A DNA stretch of 49,894 bases from a virus (lineage: Duplodnaviria > Caudoviricetes): the IMG/VR virus record IMGVR_UViG_3300017761_007387, positions 1 through 49,894 of that record; one strand, given 5' to 3'. The notes beneath the pieces were generated by a model. The model was not told the DNA's origin. It made no database searches and saw only the letters and a list, made by a program, of their open reading frames with translations. Of this stretch, positions 29,165 to 38,634 are shown one piece after another. Both the position numbers and the translations under genes were made by a program. Numbering within the stretch: position 1 is the first letter of the stretch; each line of letters starts with the position of its first letter.

Positions 29165-30718
29165 TTACTCTCCAAAGATTCTTTCTGACTTGATATTGGC
29201 AATCTCAGATTCTCTAGTCGACATCGCCGCCTTGAGAGCCGCTTGTGCTGAGAGAATCTGGGGCGATGGTGCTCCATATCCAGGCGTAATATGTGTAGAC
29301 AGGGTATCACAGAACGTCTTGATATCACCGATTATTGCCTTCAGCAGGTCTTCGAGCTGCTGATATTTCACATAGGGCTGTCCCTCACCAGGACCAGGAC
29401 CTCCGCCAGCGCCGCCGTCGTCCTTTGATCTGCCCAAGAAAATTTTGCTGCCGCTGACCTGTATTGTGCCATCTGGAAGCAGCGCAATCACTGCGAGATC
29501 CTCACTTGGAGTCCCCTCCTTGACAATTCTCACGCTGCCGTTGATAGACTTCTCTTCATTTTTCCTAGCAATGATACGAACCTGATCTGACTTTACGACT
29601 GCAAATGGCGCATCAGATATGTCATCGATGGCAGCTTCAAAAGGCTTTGCCATCCTCTCATTCTCTGCGTCTATTCCAAACTGGAGGTCGCCTGCAGACT
29701 TCATCGTGAGATACAATCTAGAGGAGTCATTTACGAGGTCAGGATCTCCCTCAGCGGCAAGGCCAGGTTTTATCTTATTGATTCCTGGATTCTTGTCAGT
29801 CTCGTTGTATTTGCGGGTGTTTGTGATGATCCTTGGCGCGGTTAAATTTGGATCTTCGCCAGCAGCACTTTCTGTAGTTGGAGTCTCAGGGACAAATCTT
29901 CCCCTTCCAACGACGATGTCTATAGCGCCAGACTGCAAGGACTTTCTCTGATCATCAGTTTTTATCGCATTGCTTGTTGTTGCCTTATCAGGCTCAGAGT
30001 CAGCGCCCCAGCCCCTCTCTTCCCCGAGAGATATGAGAGTGTTGTTTGATCCCTGTAAGACCAGGTCACCGGGCCTCTTCGTAAATCTGGGCACTGGCTC
30101 CAGAGACAAGTCTTTGTACGACTGGGAGTTTGCGATCAGGTCGTCATACGGATTCTTCTTGGCGTCATCTATCCGAAGAGTTGACCTGGCTTGAGTTCCG
30201 TCGCCATTCTCAAACCCAGGAAGCTTGTTTCCTCCTGTGGAAGAGGACTTGTCAGACTTCTCAGCCGTAGATAGAGATGTGGCTAGTGCCAGCTTTCTGT
30301 CACCATGCGTGTAGTTGACGTCATCTATTGCCACATTTTCAGGAATTCTTGCGACCCAATATGGAATTGGCCCAAGTCCATCAGCAGATTCTGAGATCAA
30401 CCAGACCTGCTCACCAGGCTTAATTGGCATGCTGATGTGAGGTGGAAACAAGGGATATGCTATAAATGGCTTTCCCTGTTTGTCAATTCCATCTGAGACA
30501 ACTCGAACTATGCAAGAATTGCGAGGGCAAGTGAGGACGTACTGCTGATTTGACACTGACTCCTGCAGGGCGGCAAATTTTTCAGAGCTGAAGGCAGTTG
30601 GATCTCCAATGAACTCAGAAACAATGGCCCTGTACAGTACTTTGCCGCCGCCAGTTCCACCACCGCCTGTTGCTGATGGCGCAGCTCCTGGCGATGATTT
30701 ATTTCTTGAGTCAGACAT
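29165..30718 (-). CDS. Baseplate central spike (gp5/gpV-like)
   Basis: OB-fold-like AYPLFPPHISMPIKPGEQVW, PGDLVLQGSNNTLISLG, C-terminal LEDLL...STHITPGYGAP; upstream of gp25 and gp6. Confidence 0.7.
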   Translation of the reverse strand: MSDSRNKSSPGAAPSATGGGGTGGGKVLYRAIVSEFIGDPTAFSSEKFAALQESVSNQQYVLTCPRNSCIVRVVSDGIDKQGKPFIAYPLFPPHISMPIKPGEQVWLISESADGLGPIPYWVARIPENVAIDDVNYTHGDRKLALATSLSTAEKSDKSSSTGGNKLPGFENGDGTQARSTLRIDDAKKNPYDDLIANSQSYKDLSLEPVPRFTKRPGDLVLQGSNNTLISLGEERGWGADSEPDKATTSNAIKTDDQRKSLQSGAIDIVVGRGRFVPETPTTESAAGEDPNLTAPRIITNTRKYNETDKNPGINKIKPGLAAEGDPDLVNDSSRLYLTMKSAGDLQFGIDAENERMAKPFEAAIDDISDAPFAVVKSDQVRIIARKNEEKSINGSVRIVKEGTPSEDLAVIALLPDGTIQVSGSKIFLGRSKDDGGAGGGPGPGEGQPYVKYQQLEDLLKAIIGDIKTFCDTLSTHITPGYGAPSPQILSAQAALKAAMSTRESEIANIKSERIFGE

Positions 30719-31077
30719 TAGTCACTTATCTTGCTGAAGACATCTTCGGGATCAATCTTGCTATTCTGGACTTCTGCGTCGGCAACAAGCTCAGCCAGCT
30801 TTATGAGCTGCTCGTTACTCTTTGCCATTCTTTCGATGTACTTGTTCAGCATCGGACCGACGGCGATGTGCTCTGCGATCGAATTCTGCATGCTTCCATA
30901 GGCTTCATGAAACAGAAGGAAAGCGTTCTGCCTATCAGATATTGCATTCTCGTAAATCTCTTTCCAGAGAGCTTTCTTCTTATCCTCGGCTGTCGTGATT
31001 GCATCAAGTAGCTCAGAAAATTGCTTAATCTTCTGTTGCTTGACGTCTTGTAGGTCTGCAACATCAATGTGATTCAT
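30718..31077 (-). CDS. Hypothetical helical/coiled-coil protein
   Basis: Strong AGGAGG SD; TAATG overlap with the spike gene. Confidence 0.7.
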   Translation of the reverse strand: MNHIDVADLQDVKQQKIKQFSELLDAITTAEDKKKALWKEIYENAISDRQNAFLLFHEAYGSMQNSIAEHIAVGPMLNKYIERMAKSNEQLIKLAELVADAEVQNSKIDPEDVFSKISD

Positions 31078-31819
31078 CTTTCCTCCTGCCCTCGCCGGAC
31101 ATTTCCTCTTTTAAGACTTCCCTGTAAAGCTTACGAATGACAGACATCGAAGATGAGAGCTGTTTCGAGCTCAGACCCGATATGTCTCTCACGTAGACAT
31201 AAATAGCTCTCTTGTTGAGAAAGTCGAGATTGTCCAGGTTCTCATGAACGGTTATGACAGCATTGATGCAAGAAACGTCGTTTGTGCTTTCTACTCTTTG
31301 CTTTATCCTGTGAAGCATCAACATGATCTCGTCTCTGCGTTCCAAATCAATCATGACATCGTCAGGAGATGGAGAAACTTGGCTGCTTGCAATGAGATAT
31401 TCATCTCTCTTGGAGAGCCGCTCGACATCGTTGATGCTGACGTGATTGTCCCTGTTCTTCTTCTTTCTCCTCGAGTTCAAGATTAGCCAGTTCTTGGCGA
31501 CAACATTGAAGTAGGAGAAAGCTTTGGTTCCTCTCGAACCATCAAACTTATGGAGTGTCTCATATAAAAATGAGACACAGTCATTCTTTAGCACTGAGAA
31601 ATTTTCGTCTCTCGCAAAGCCATAGATGAGAATCAAGTTCTCAACAAGCGTATTGAACGCTGGCATGATCTCTTTTTCATAGACAACCGCCTTCTCGCGG
31701 TGTTCGACAGCGCCCTGGAACTTTACAATCCCTTCTTGCGTCTTGCTGTCAAAGTAAAAATTTGGGCCGTCTGATTTGGCATTTTTGCCAGATCTCCTAG
31801 TTCTCTTTTTGAGCATCAA
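31064..31819 (-). CDS. Phage late-transcription sigma factor (T4 gp55-like)
   Basis: Sigma region-2-like DCVSFLYETLHKFDGSRGTKAFSYFNVVAKNWLI. GGGAGG SD upstream (ATG at 31816 also possible). Confidence 0.75.
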   Translation of the reverse strand: MMLKKRTRRSGKNAKSDGPNFYFDSKTQEGIVKFQGAVEHREKAVVYEKEIMPAFNTLVENLILIYGFARDENFSVLKNDCVSFLYETLHKFDGSRGTKAFSYFNVVAKNWLILNSRRKKKNRDNHVSINDVERLSKRDEYLIASSQVSPSPDDVMIDLERRDEIMLMLHRIKQRVESTNDVSCINAVITVHENLDNLDFLNKRAIYVYVRDISGLSSKQLSSSMSVIRKLYREVLKEEMSGEGRRKDESH

Positions 31820-32120
31820 GAGCCTCCCGAGGTTGTTCCTCCACTTTCCCTATGAGATTAGCAACTCTCAGGATAGCGTCTCTGCAAATTTTCATATCAT
31901 CAAGGACTGCGCGAACTTGCGGGCTGTCAAAGAACAGTGGAATCTTCAGTATCTCAGATATGGAAGCGTACCTCTCATCTAAAATGTCCAGAGACTCCTC
32001 TATCCCGTCTACAATTTGAAGAAGCATAATGCCGTGCTTGTAGTTGAAGTACAGAGACACAAGTAGCAGCGCCAGTAGAATAGCGCTAAATATGCTCAAG
32101 ATGACTATTGCTGTAATCAT
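31797..32120 (-). CDS. Small membrane-anchored protein
   Basis: N-terminal hydrophobic helix ITAIVILSIFSAILLALLLVSLYF followed by a helical tail. Confidence 0.65.
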   Translation of the reverse strand: MITAIVILSIFSAILLALLLVSLYFNYKHGIMLLQIVDGIEESLDILDERYASISEILKIPLFFDSPQVRAVLDDMKICRDAILRVANLIGKVEEQPREALDAQKEN

Positions 32121-33271
32121 CTAAAGTACTGTCCTATCTCTCTGTCATAGGACTTGCACACTGCGGAGTGTGAGAAATTTTCTCTGACCTTGGTTCCGAG
32201 ATCGACAGCCCAATCTTTTGGAACTTGGCTTGACTCCCTAAACTTTAAGACCTTCTTCTTGAACTCCTGCTCCGAAACATCTGCCCACTTCATTCCCGGC
32301 AAGAAGATCAGACCGTCGTGTTTAGTTAGATGAACTTCTTTAAGCTGGTGATCAAGCTTGACAAACTTTCCAAGGTTCAAGAAGTCTAAATGGCCAGACC
32401 AGTTAGTAGCAATTACTGGAAGATCACAGGCGGCGGCTTCAAGAATAGGAAGACCAAATCCCTCTCCTCTCGTGGCTGCAACAAGAGCTTTGATCTTCTC
32501 ATTTCTGTATAGAGAGATCACGTCTGTTGAGTCCATCTCTCCATGAAGAAGATAAACTCTGGGGAAAGGGCCAGGGCGAACCTCGTTGAGAAGCTGCCTA
32601 AAGACATTTTCAGTGTGCTTCTTATCCAGAGTGCAGTTGCTTCCATGATTTGTCTTTACGATAATTCCAACCCTGGGATCTTTGCTAAAGAGCTCGCACA
32701 ACCACTTTAACGTATAGAAAGTATTTTTCCTGTCATTCTCAGGGTTGTTTCCCGTCATTTGACCGAAAAGGAGAAAGTTAAAGTCTGTCTGCAGGTCCAG
32801 GTCAAGAGGTTGAACATCTCTTAGCACTTGGTCTGGAAAGCACTCGGAGACTACAGAGATTGGCGTCTTAACTGTCCCTGTGTTCTCAATTGTTTTCTTG
32901 ACAAAAGTAGAAGGGACAACTACATGATTCATTGAATCGCAAGCAGTTAGCCACTGAGGGTTGCACTTATCTGTTTCGACAAAAGCCGACATTCCAATAT
33001 TGACGTTAGCTAGCGCTGGATCCCACTCGTTTGGCAACTGTAGCTGGACAGATACATCGTACTTCCCTGTGTGAGGAGAAGACCTCTTCATTATCTCGCC
33101 AACTAGACCGTCTTCCATCTCTGGATTTATCATCCATGGAGTCATTCCCCAGTTTAGGATCTGACAGTGGACATCAAGATTGCTATTTCCAATGAGCCAC
33201 TTAAAAACCTGCCTGGCATGGTTCCCATATCCAGACAGAGACAACAGTGGCGCTCTGCAAAGTACCTTCAC
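32117..33271 (-). CDS. Glycosyltransferase, GT-B fold (GT4-like)
   Basis: SGYGNHAR N-terminus; TRGEGFGLPILEAAACDLPVIATNWSGHLDF (EX7E motif); AAGGAGG SD before GTG. Confidence 0.88.
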   Translation of the reverse strand: MKVLCRAPLLSLSGYGNHARQVFKWLIGNSNLDVHCQILNWGMTPWMINPEMEDGLVGEIMKRSSPHTGKYDVSVQLQLPNEWDPALANVNIGMSAFVETDKCNPQWLTACDSMNHVVVPSTFVKKTIENTGTVKTPISVVSECFPDQVLRDVQPLDLDLQTDFNFLLFGQMTGNNPENDRKNTFYTLKWLCELFSKDPRVGIIVKTNHGSNCTLDKKHTENVFRQLLNEVRPGPFPRVYLLHGEMDSTDVISLYRNEKIKALVAATRGEGFGLPILEAAACDLPVIATNWSGHLDFLNLGKFVKLDHQLKEVHLTKHDGLIFLPGMKWADVSEQEFKKKVLKFRESSQVPKDWAVDLGTKVRENFSHSAVCKSYDREIGQYFR

Positions 33272-34521
33272 TTGACCTCCTTAAGAGTCCATCTCTTGGA
33301 TTTTCCTGACTTCCAGTCTTCCACAGTTTTCTTTAGCGTCTCGTGCCACCTGTCTACCGTTCCCTGATAGGAGAACTCAGAAGCAACGTAGCTCTTTGCT
33401 TTTGCACCAAGCTCTCTGCGCTTTTCAAAACCCATCTCATACATCTCTACCAGAGCCTGTGCAGTCTCATCGATATCACAAAAGTCCTCGTAGATGTACG
33501 GAACGTGCTGCGATCCCACGAGAGTCTTCTGGCGAACTTCAAGCGCAATTCCGTTCTGTGACTCGTCTCTGTGATCTACAACTTGACGTGTGAGCCCACC
33601 TGTCTTGGCGGCAATTATTGGACGGCCGCACTGCATCGCTTCAAGCGTGGCTAGCCCAAAGCCTTCTGCATAAGAGATATTGATGCAACAGTCAGAAATA
33701 TTGTGCAAGATGTTAATCTGCTCAAAACCAACTCTATCAGGCGAAAACACTACAGAGTCTTTTATGCCCAGGCTATCAACTACAGCAAATAGGTTTGGAC
33801 CTTCCAAGTCTTTGGGGTCGGTGTGCATCACCAGCTTTGCTTTTGGATTCAAATCACCCTTGGATTTTAGAATATCAATCATCTTCTTCCAAGCCCATAG
33901 AACATCAGAAGGACGCTTGCGTCTAGCGTTTCTATTCATCCAAAATGCAACAAAGTGATCTTCATTTCCAGAGCCCAAGATGTTTCTCTTGTGCATCTTA
34001 ACTTGATCCTCAGGCATCTGAAAATAGACTGATTCAGGTAGAGCGTGCGGTATGAAGTTAGTCTTTTTTGGAAACTTGTCCTTGATGAGTTCGTAAGTCA
34101 TGTGGGAGTGGCAGTTTATGAGATCAGTAGCCTCATAGAACGGCGCATTGAACTCTGGGTACGGGTGATTATCCCATACGTGCCACCAGACAATAGGGCA
34201 AACCTGGTGAATCTCATCTTCCATCTCAAACAGCCAATAGAAGAATCTGGGATCAGTGAACAGGAAAATTACGTCAGGCTTCTCAGTGGCTAACGTCGTT
34301 CTTATGAGATCCCTAGATCCAAAACCGTCAATTGGCTTGATAATGAAGTCTGGATTGACCTGTATGGTCTCATACCTATCATGCTTGATAGCAGCACCAA
34401 ACTGCCGCACCGTCCACTCACCCTTAGCAATCAAGCCATTCATTAGGTGCCTGCTCTGGGTGCCAACACCAGATGTGCTTAGAGCGTGGTCAGACAAAAG
34501 TAGGATCTTCTTTTTGCTCAT
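33268..34521 (-). CDS. Glycosyltransferase, GT-B fold (GT4-like)
   Basis: NRNARRKR; SYAEGFGLATLEAMQCGRPII (EX7E motif). Confidence 0.88.
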   Translation of the reverse strand: MSKKKILLLSDHALSTSGVGTQSRHLMNGLIAKGEWTVRQFGAAIKHDRYETIQVNPDFIIKPIDGFGSRDLIRTTLATEKPDVIFLFTDPRFFYWLFEMEDEIHQVCPIVWWHVWDNHPYPEFNAPFYEATDLINCHSHMTYELIKDKFPKKTNFIPHALPESVYFQMPEDQVKMHKRNILGSGNEDHFVAFWMNRNARRKRPSDVLWAWKKMIDILKSKGDLNPKAKLVMHTDPKDLEGPNLFAVVDSLGIKDSVVFSPDRVGFEQINILHNISDCCINISYAEGFGLATLEAMQCGRPIIAAKTGGLTRQVVDHRDESQNGIALEVRQKTLVGSQHVPYIYEDFCDIDETAQALVEMYEMGFEKRRELGAKAKSYVASEFSYQGTVDRWHETLKKTVEDWKSGKSKRWTLKEVK

Positions 34522-34575
34522 ATTCCTCTAGAACCTTTGCAAAACTAACAAAGGCTCAGGGTGGAATAAAGGCGG

Positions 34576-35379
34576 TCAGGTGCAATACTTAGTCTGATAG
34601 TAGTCGCAATATTTGCAAGACTCGCGATTCTTCATGAAGAGGCCGCGCTTAACTGAAGCGATCATATTTGTGACCATCTTGCGCGCCCTGTCTTCCACAG
34701 TTGGACCAACTGAAACTGCAAAGAGCTCACAGGACCTTCCTGGCTTGACTCCTTTCTTGAGTAGCACATAGCCGCACTTCACATCTTTGGATGGGAGTGC
34801 CTTCTTTGCACGCCAGAAAGACTTGTAGAGAGCAATTTGCGCGAGCACATTGAAGTCTTGACGCTTCCTTGAGTCCCAACCTCGAGCGCTTGAAGTCTTC
34901 CAGTCGATCACCCAGTAGACTCGACCGCGCTTGCCATCGCACTCGATTAGTCCGTCAATGAATCCCTTAAACTTGATCTCTTGCCCTGGGATGTCCTCAT
35001 AGAGGGCATGCTCTGCTTCTATTGCAACCCAGTTGGGGAAATTCGCATCGAGGAAAGCAGGCACTTCATCAAGGATCTGCCGAGCCCACTTCACCCAGCT
35101 GTCGACAAGACCATTCTTCTTAGCATCTGGAAGCTCATCAAACTTCTTTTCTTCCCAGGCCCGTCGAATCTCAGCCTCAACGTTGTCAGGATTCATTGTC
35201 CTTGTAGTAAGGAAGTTTTCCAGCTCAGCGTGGACAATTGTCCCAAAATCCAAGTTAGGAGATGGCTTTGACAGATCAATCTTGTCGATCTGGGCTAACT
35301 TGTGGCGCCAAGGACACTCCTTCCAAGACTTCACTTCAGAATAAGATACATGAGGCTTTTGAGTTGGGAACATACTCAA
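34576..35379 (-). CDS. PD-(D/E)XK nuclease, Cas4/RecB/AddB-like with four conserved Cys
   Basis: SYS...CP, GTIVH, KGFID, IDWKT, QIALY and C-terminal CKYC-x7-C. ATG at 35373 is an alternative start. Confidence 0.85.
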   Translation of the reverse strand: MSMFPTQKPHVSYSEVKSWKECPWRHKLAQIDKIDLSKPSPNLDFGTIVHAELENFLTTRTMNPDNVEAEIRRAWEEKKFDELPDAKKNGLVDSWVKWARQILDEVPAFLDANFPNWVAIEAEHALYEDIPGQEIKFKGFIDGLIECDGKRGRVYWVIDWKTSSARGWDSRKRQDFNVLAQIALYKSFWRAKKALPSKDVKCGYVLLKKGVKPGRSCELFAVSVGPTVEDRARKMVTNMIASVKRGLFMKNRESCKYCDYYQTKYCT

Positions 35380-35398
35380 TCATACAACTTTTTAGAGT

Positions 35399-35818
35399 CT
35401 AGTTCAAACTTTCTTTGATCTTTGCTTTTAACAAGCTTAGAGAATAGCAATGGTCTCTATTGCAGAAATAAACAGAGATCTTCAGGTCTTCTCCGGTGTA
35501 TCTCTTACCAAGGTAGTCAGATCCAAGAATCCTAACCACGTCTTGGCCTTGCTTGGATTCTAAGATAGAGTACAAATCTTTCTCAGTTGAGTATCTCAAG
35601 ACTTCATCTACATCTCTTAGAGAGCTCAAAATTTCCGCTCTTTCTTCCCACGTTTGAACTGGTTTGTTCTTGCTTGGTCTATCTATCGTTGGATCATCTT
35701 GCAAAAGCACGATTAATCGATAGCAAACAGAGTGCTTTGCTTCTCTGAACATCCTAACATATCCAGGGTGGATAAGGTCAAAAGATCCTGCTATTATCCC
35801 TTCACGATAAATTGGCAA
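35399..35818 (-). CDS. Cytidylyltransferase-family nucleotidyltransferase (TagD/RfaE-II-like)
   Basis: GSFDLIHPGY (HxGH variant), KPVQTWEERAEIL, VDEV, GSDY. Confidence 0.85.
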   Translation of the reverse strand: MPIYREGIIAGSFDLIHPGYVRMFREAKHSVCYRLIVLLQDDPTIDRPSKNKPVQTWEERAEILSSLRDVDEVLRYSTEKDLYSILESKQGQDVVRILGSDYLGKRYTGEDLKISVYFCNRDHCYSLSLLKAKIKESLN

Positions 35819-36686
35819 GATAATCCTCCAGCCTCACTTGGGCTTTCCAGGAAAGCTTACTGTCAGCTCTATTAACATTTGCTAATGTCTCTCGTGTCTC
35901 ACCAACCCTATCAGGCAAATTCACAGTAAGACCCCCTATTAGGTCAGCTAGTTGATTGATCGAGTAGTTTCTTCCTGTGCCAATGTTCGTCGGTCCTGTA
36001 ACGCCGTGTGAATCTGCTGCAAGTAAGTTTGCTCTCACGACATCAGATATATGCGTAAAATCTCTACGCTGCTCACCGTCTCCAACTATTGTCATTGGCA
36101 ACTTTAAGCTCTTCTGCCTCTTGAACAGACCCATCACGGGGGCATACTCGCCCTTAAGAGGCTCTCGAGGTCCATAGACATTGAAGTATCGAAGTGAGAT
36201 TGTCGATAAACTATAGAGCTTTGTGTATAAGTCACAAATTTCTTCACCTTGCCATTTTGACAGCGAGTAAGGAGTTGCGCATCCCTTTGGAGCGCTTTCA
36301 ATGAAAGGAGGTTTTGAAGCATGACCATAATAAGATGAAGAAGCTGAGTATACAACTCTCTTGACTCCAGAGATCCGACTCGCTTCAAGGACTTCCTGAG
36401 TTCCCAGCACGTTGACAGAAAAGCACTCACAAGGATTGTTTACCGTTGGCTGAATTCTGGAGCGTGCCGCAAGATGGAAGACGACATCAATATCAGCGTA
36501 GTGCTTTCTCAGATTCTCATCTCTAATGTCTTCTATGATGTTGACAGCGCGCTTGTTCCAATAGAAAATACTGTTTTGCGGTGCTGATTGGTCATCAATG
36601 CAAGTGACCTCATCTCCCCTTTCGATGAGTGCGTCAACAACGTGAGAGCCTATAAAACCGGCGCCGCCCGTGACTAACGCTTTCAT
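35802..36686 (-). CDS. NAD-dependent nucleotide-sugar epimerase/dehydratase (extended SDR)
   Basis: TGGAGFIGSH, YSLSK (YxxxK), LRYFNVYG, GDGEQRRDF. Confidence 0.9.
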   Translation of the reverse strand: MKALVTGGAGFIGSHVVDALIERGDEVTCIDDQSAPQNSIFYWNKRAVNIIEDIRDENLRKHYADIDVVFHLAARSRIQPTVNNPCECFSVNVLGTQEVLEASRISGVKRVVYSASSSYYGHASKPPFIESAPKGCATPYSLSKWQGEEICDLYTKLYSLSTISLRYFNVYGPREPLKGEYAPVMGLFKRQKSLKLPMTIVGDGEQRRDFTHISDVVRANLLAADSHGVTGPTNIGTGRNYSINQLADLIGGLTVNLPDRVGETRETLANVNRADSKLSWKAQVRLEDYLANLS

Positions 36687-37657
36687 TGTTGGTCTCTCTT
36701 GCTTATAGCTCTACCTACTTGCTTCTCCCAATCTCTATCTTCTGGTGGGCGAACTTCAAGATTCTTTTCCCACGCAGCTTTCATGACAGTTGGTCTTACG
36801 TTGTAAGACTCTGCTACGCTTATCAAAGCGTTAATATCTTTTGGAAAACAGTGTCCACCAAATCCTCTAACATATCTTCCATCATGGGTTGGTACGGGAC
36901 CAGGAACAGACCAGTGAGTTTGCCCAAGCCTCGAATCAGACTTGATGTACTCAACAACCTTGTCGTAATCAACATTAAGACCATCTCTATCAAGCTCTTC
37001 ACAGATTTGGGCAACCTCATTTGCAAAAGCGACCTTCACCGCAAGAAGACAATTGGTCGCATATTTGACCATCTCTGCTGTTGTAGAGCTCGTCTTTATG
37101 ATTGGAATTTTAGGAAAAGCTCGCATGAAGATGTTTCTGACAGTGTTGATGTAAGGTCTGGGTCCGCCCAGCACTATCCTACCTTGAGTTCGCATATCAT
37201 CAAGCGCATTCGCTTCAGTCAGAAACTCTGGGTTGAATATAACGTGAAGATCAAGATCCTTGAACCTTGTGTTCCATTTCTCCGTCGAGCCAGGAGGAAC
37301 TGTCGACTTTATCACTGCAATCCTTCGAGGACTGTCGGCACCGTATGGTGCAGAAGCAATGAGATCTAAAACGTCCTCAACTATTCGAGTATCAGGCGAT
37401 CCGTCTTCGTACATCGGAGTAGGAACACAGACAAAATAAACGCCGGAGAAACCTGTTGTTGCTTCGCACTCTCTCACAAACTCTGTGATAGAACTCGGAA
37501 CAATCAAATCTATAGTGGACTGTCTTGTGAAACTTGCTGTGCCACCTAAAGCAACCTTCCCTGCTTTGTCATAGACATAGACTTTCTCTCCTCTTTCTGA
37601 GAAGACGGTCGTGAGACTGCCTCCAACAAATCCTTGGCCGATGACAGCAATACTCAT
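36683..37657 (-). CDS. UDP-glucose/GDP-mannose dehydrogenase family protein, short form
   Basis: GQGFVG, CVPTP, KSTVPPG, NPEFL, AEMVKY, GFGGHCFPKD; ends without the usual C-terminal domain. Confidence 0.85.
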   Translation of the reverse strand: MSIAVIGQGFVGGSLTTVFSERGEKVYVYDKAGKVALGGTASFTRQSTIDLIVPSSITEFVRECEATTGFSGVYFVCVPTPMYEDGSPDTRIVEDVLDLIASAPYGADSPRRIAVIKSTVPPGSTEKWNTRFKDLDLHVIFNPEFLTEANALDDMRTQGRIVLGGPRPYINTVRNIFMRAFPKIPIIKTSSTTAEMVKYATNCLLAVKVAFANEVAQICEELDRDGLNVDYDKVVEYIKSDSRLGQTHWSVPGPVPTHDGRYVRGFGGHCFPKDINALISVAESYNVRPTVMKAAWEKNLEVRPPEDRDWEKQVGRAISKRDQQ

Positions 37658-38634
37658 CTTAATTTCTCCGACTCGATCTTAAGGTCAGACTCATACATGA
37701 GCGCCGCAAGATCCTTAAAAGTTGTCTTTGGTTTCCAACCAAGTCTCTTTGCAGCCTTAGAGTAGTCGCCCTCTAACCACGGGACCTCATGCGGACGCTT
37801 CAGTCGGTCGTCAATCACGAGATGCTTGTCGACATCAAGTCCTGCAATCTCAAATACTTCATCAAGGAACTCCCGAACTGTGTGAGTCTCTCCGGTGGCG
37901 ACAACGTAGTCATCAGGCCTGTCCTGCTGTAGCATCAGCCACATTGCCTCGACATAGTCCTTTGCATAGCCCCAGTCACGGAGAGCGTCGAGGTTACCGA
38001 GAGCAATCTTGTCTTGGAGGCCGAGCTTGATTCTCGCGGCAGCGAGTGTGATCTTACGGGTCACGAATGTCTCACCACGACGAGGGCTCTCGTGATTGAA
38101 GAGGATTCCAGAAGAAGCGTGGATGCCGTATCCCTCGCGGTAGTTGCGAGTGAGACCATGTGCAAAGACCTTAGCGCACGCGTAAGGAGAGGCAGGCATC
38201 AGCCTGGTCTCTTCATTTTGCGGATGTTCAGGATTATCACCGTACATCTCAGAAGAGGAAGCCTGATAGAATCGGCAATTGGGCTGCATTGTCTTGATGC
38301 ACTCCAGAAGCCGAAGTGGTCCCATTGCTACGGCGTCTACCGTCTCTTCGGGAACCTCAAACGAGACTCTTACGTGAGACTGGGCTGCAAGATTGTAGAC
38401 CTCATCGAAATTTTGATTTGCAAAGAGCCGATAGAAGGCGCCGGCGTCGTTCATCGAGCCGTAGACAAGCTGGAAATTAGAGTGCTTAAGCAGGTGATCT
38501 ATTCGATCAGTAGCAAGGAGCGACGTCCTACGTTTCATACCGACAACCCTGTAGCCCATATCGAGGAGGATCTCCGCAAGGTATGAACCATCTTGCCCAG
38601 TGACGCCAGTAATGAGAGCTGTCTTCTGCTTCAT
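37654..38634 (-). CDS. gmd: GDP-mannose 4,6-dehydratase
   Basis: ALITGVTGQDGSYLAE, YNLAAQSHV, FYQASSSE, SPYACAK, LFNHESPRRGETFVTRKI, LGNLDALRDWG. Confidence 0.97.
   Translation of the reverse strand: MKQKTALITGVTGQDGSYLAEILLDMGYRVVGMKRRTSLLATDRIDHLLKHSNFQLVYGSMNDAGAFYRLFANQNFDEVYNLAAQSHVRVSFEVPEETVDAVAMGPLRLLECIKTMQPNCRFYQASSSEMYGDNPEHPQNEETRLMPASPYACAKVFAHGLTRNYREGYGIHASSGILFNHESPRRGETFVTRKITLAAARIKLGLQDKIALGNLDALRDWGYAKDYVEAMWLMLQQDRPDDYVVATGETHTVREFLDEVFEIAGLDVDKHLVIDDRLKRPHEVPWLEGDYSKAAKRLGWKPKTTFKDLAALMYESDLKIESEKLR

Noticed and set aside
29380-29420. Gly/Pro-rich low-complexity stretch (GGAGGGPGPGEG) in the spike gene
   Set aside because: A short protein linker, not a DNA repeat element or collagen-like array.
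21525-30718. Extracellular contractile injection system or T6SS rather than phage
   Set aside because: It is flanked by phage replication/recombination genes and a late sigma factor, and no T6SS membrane complex or eCIS ATPase is visible.
34585-34591. ATACTTA on the plus strand
   Set aside because: It is antisense, lies inside the nuclease coding sequence, and has no credible plus-strand gene downstream; probably chance.
34576-35379. CRISPR-Cas system
   Set aside because: Only a Cas4-like nuclease is present, with no other cas genes and no repeat-spacer array. Intergenic gaps are at most about 80 nt.
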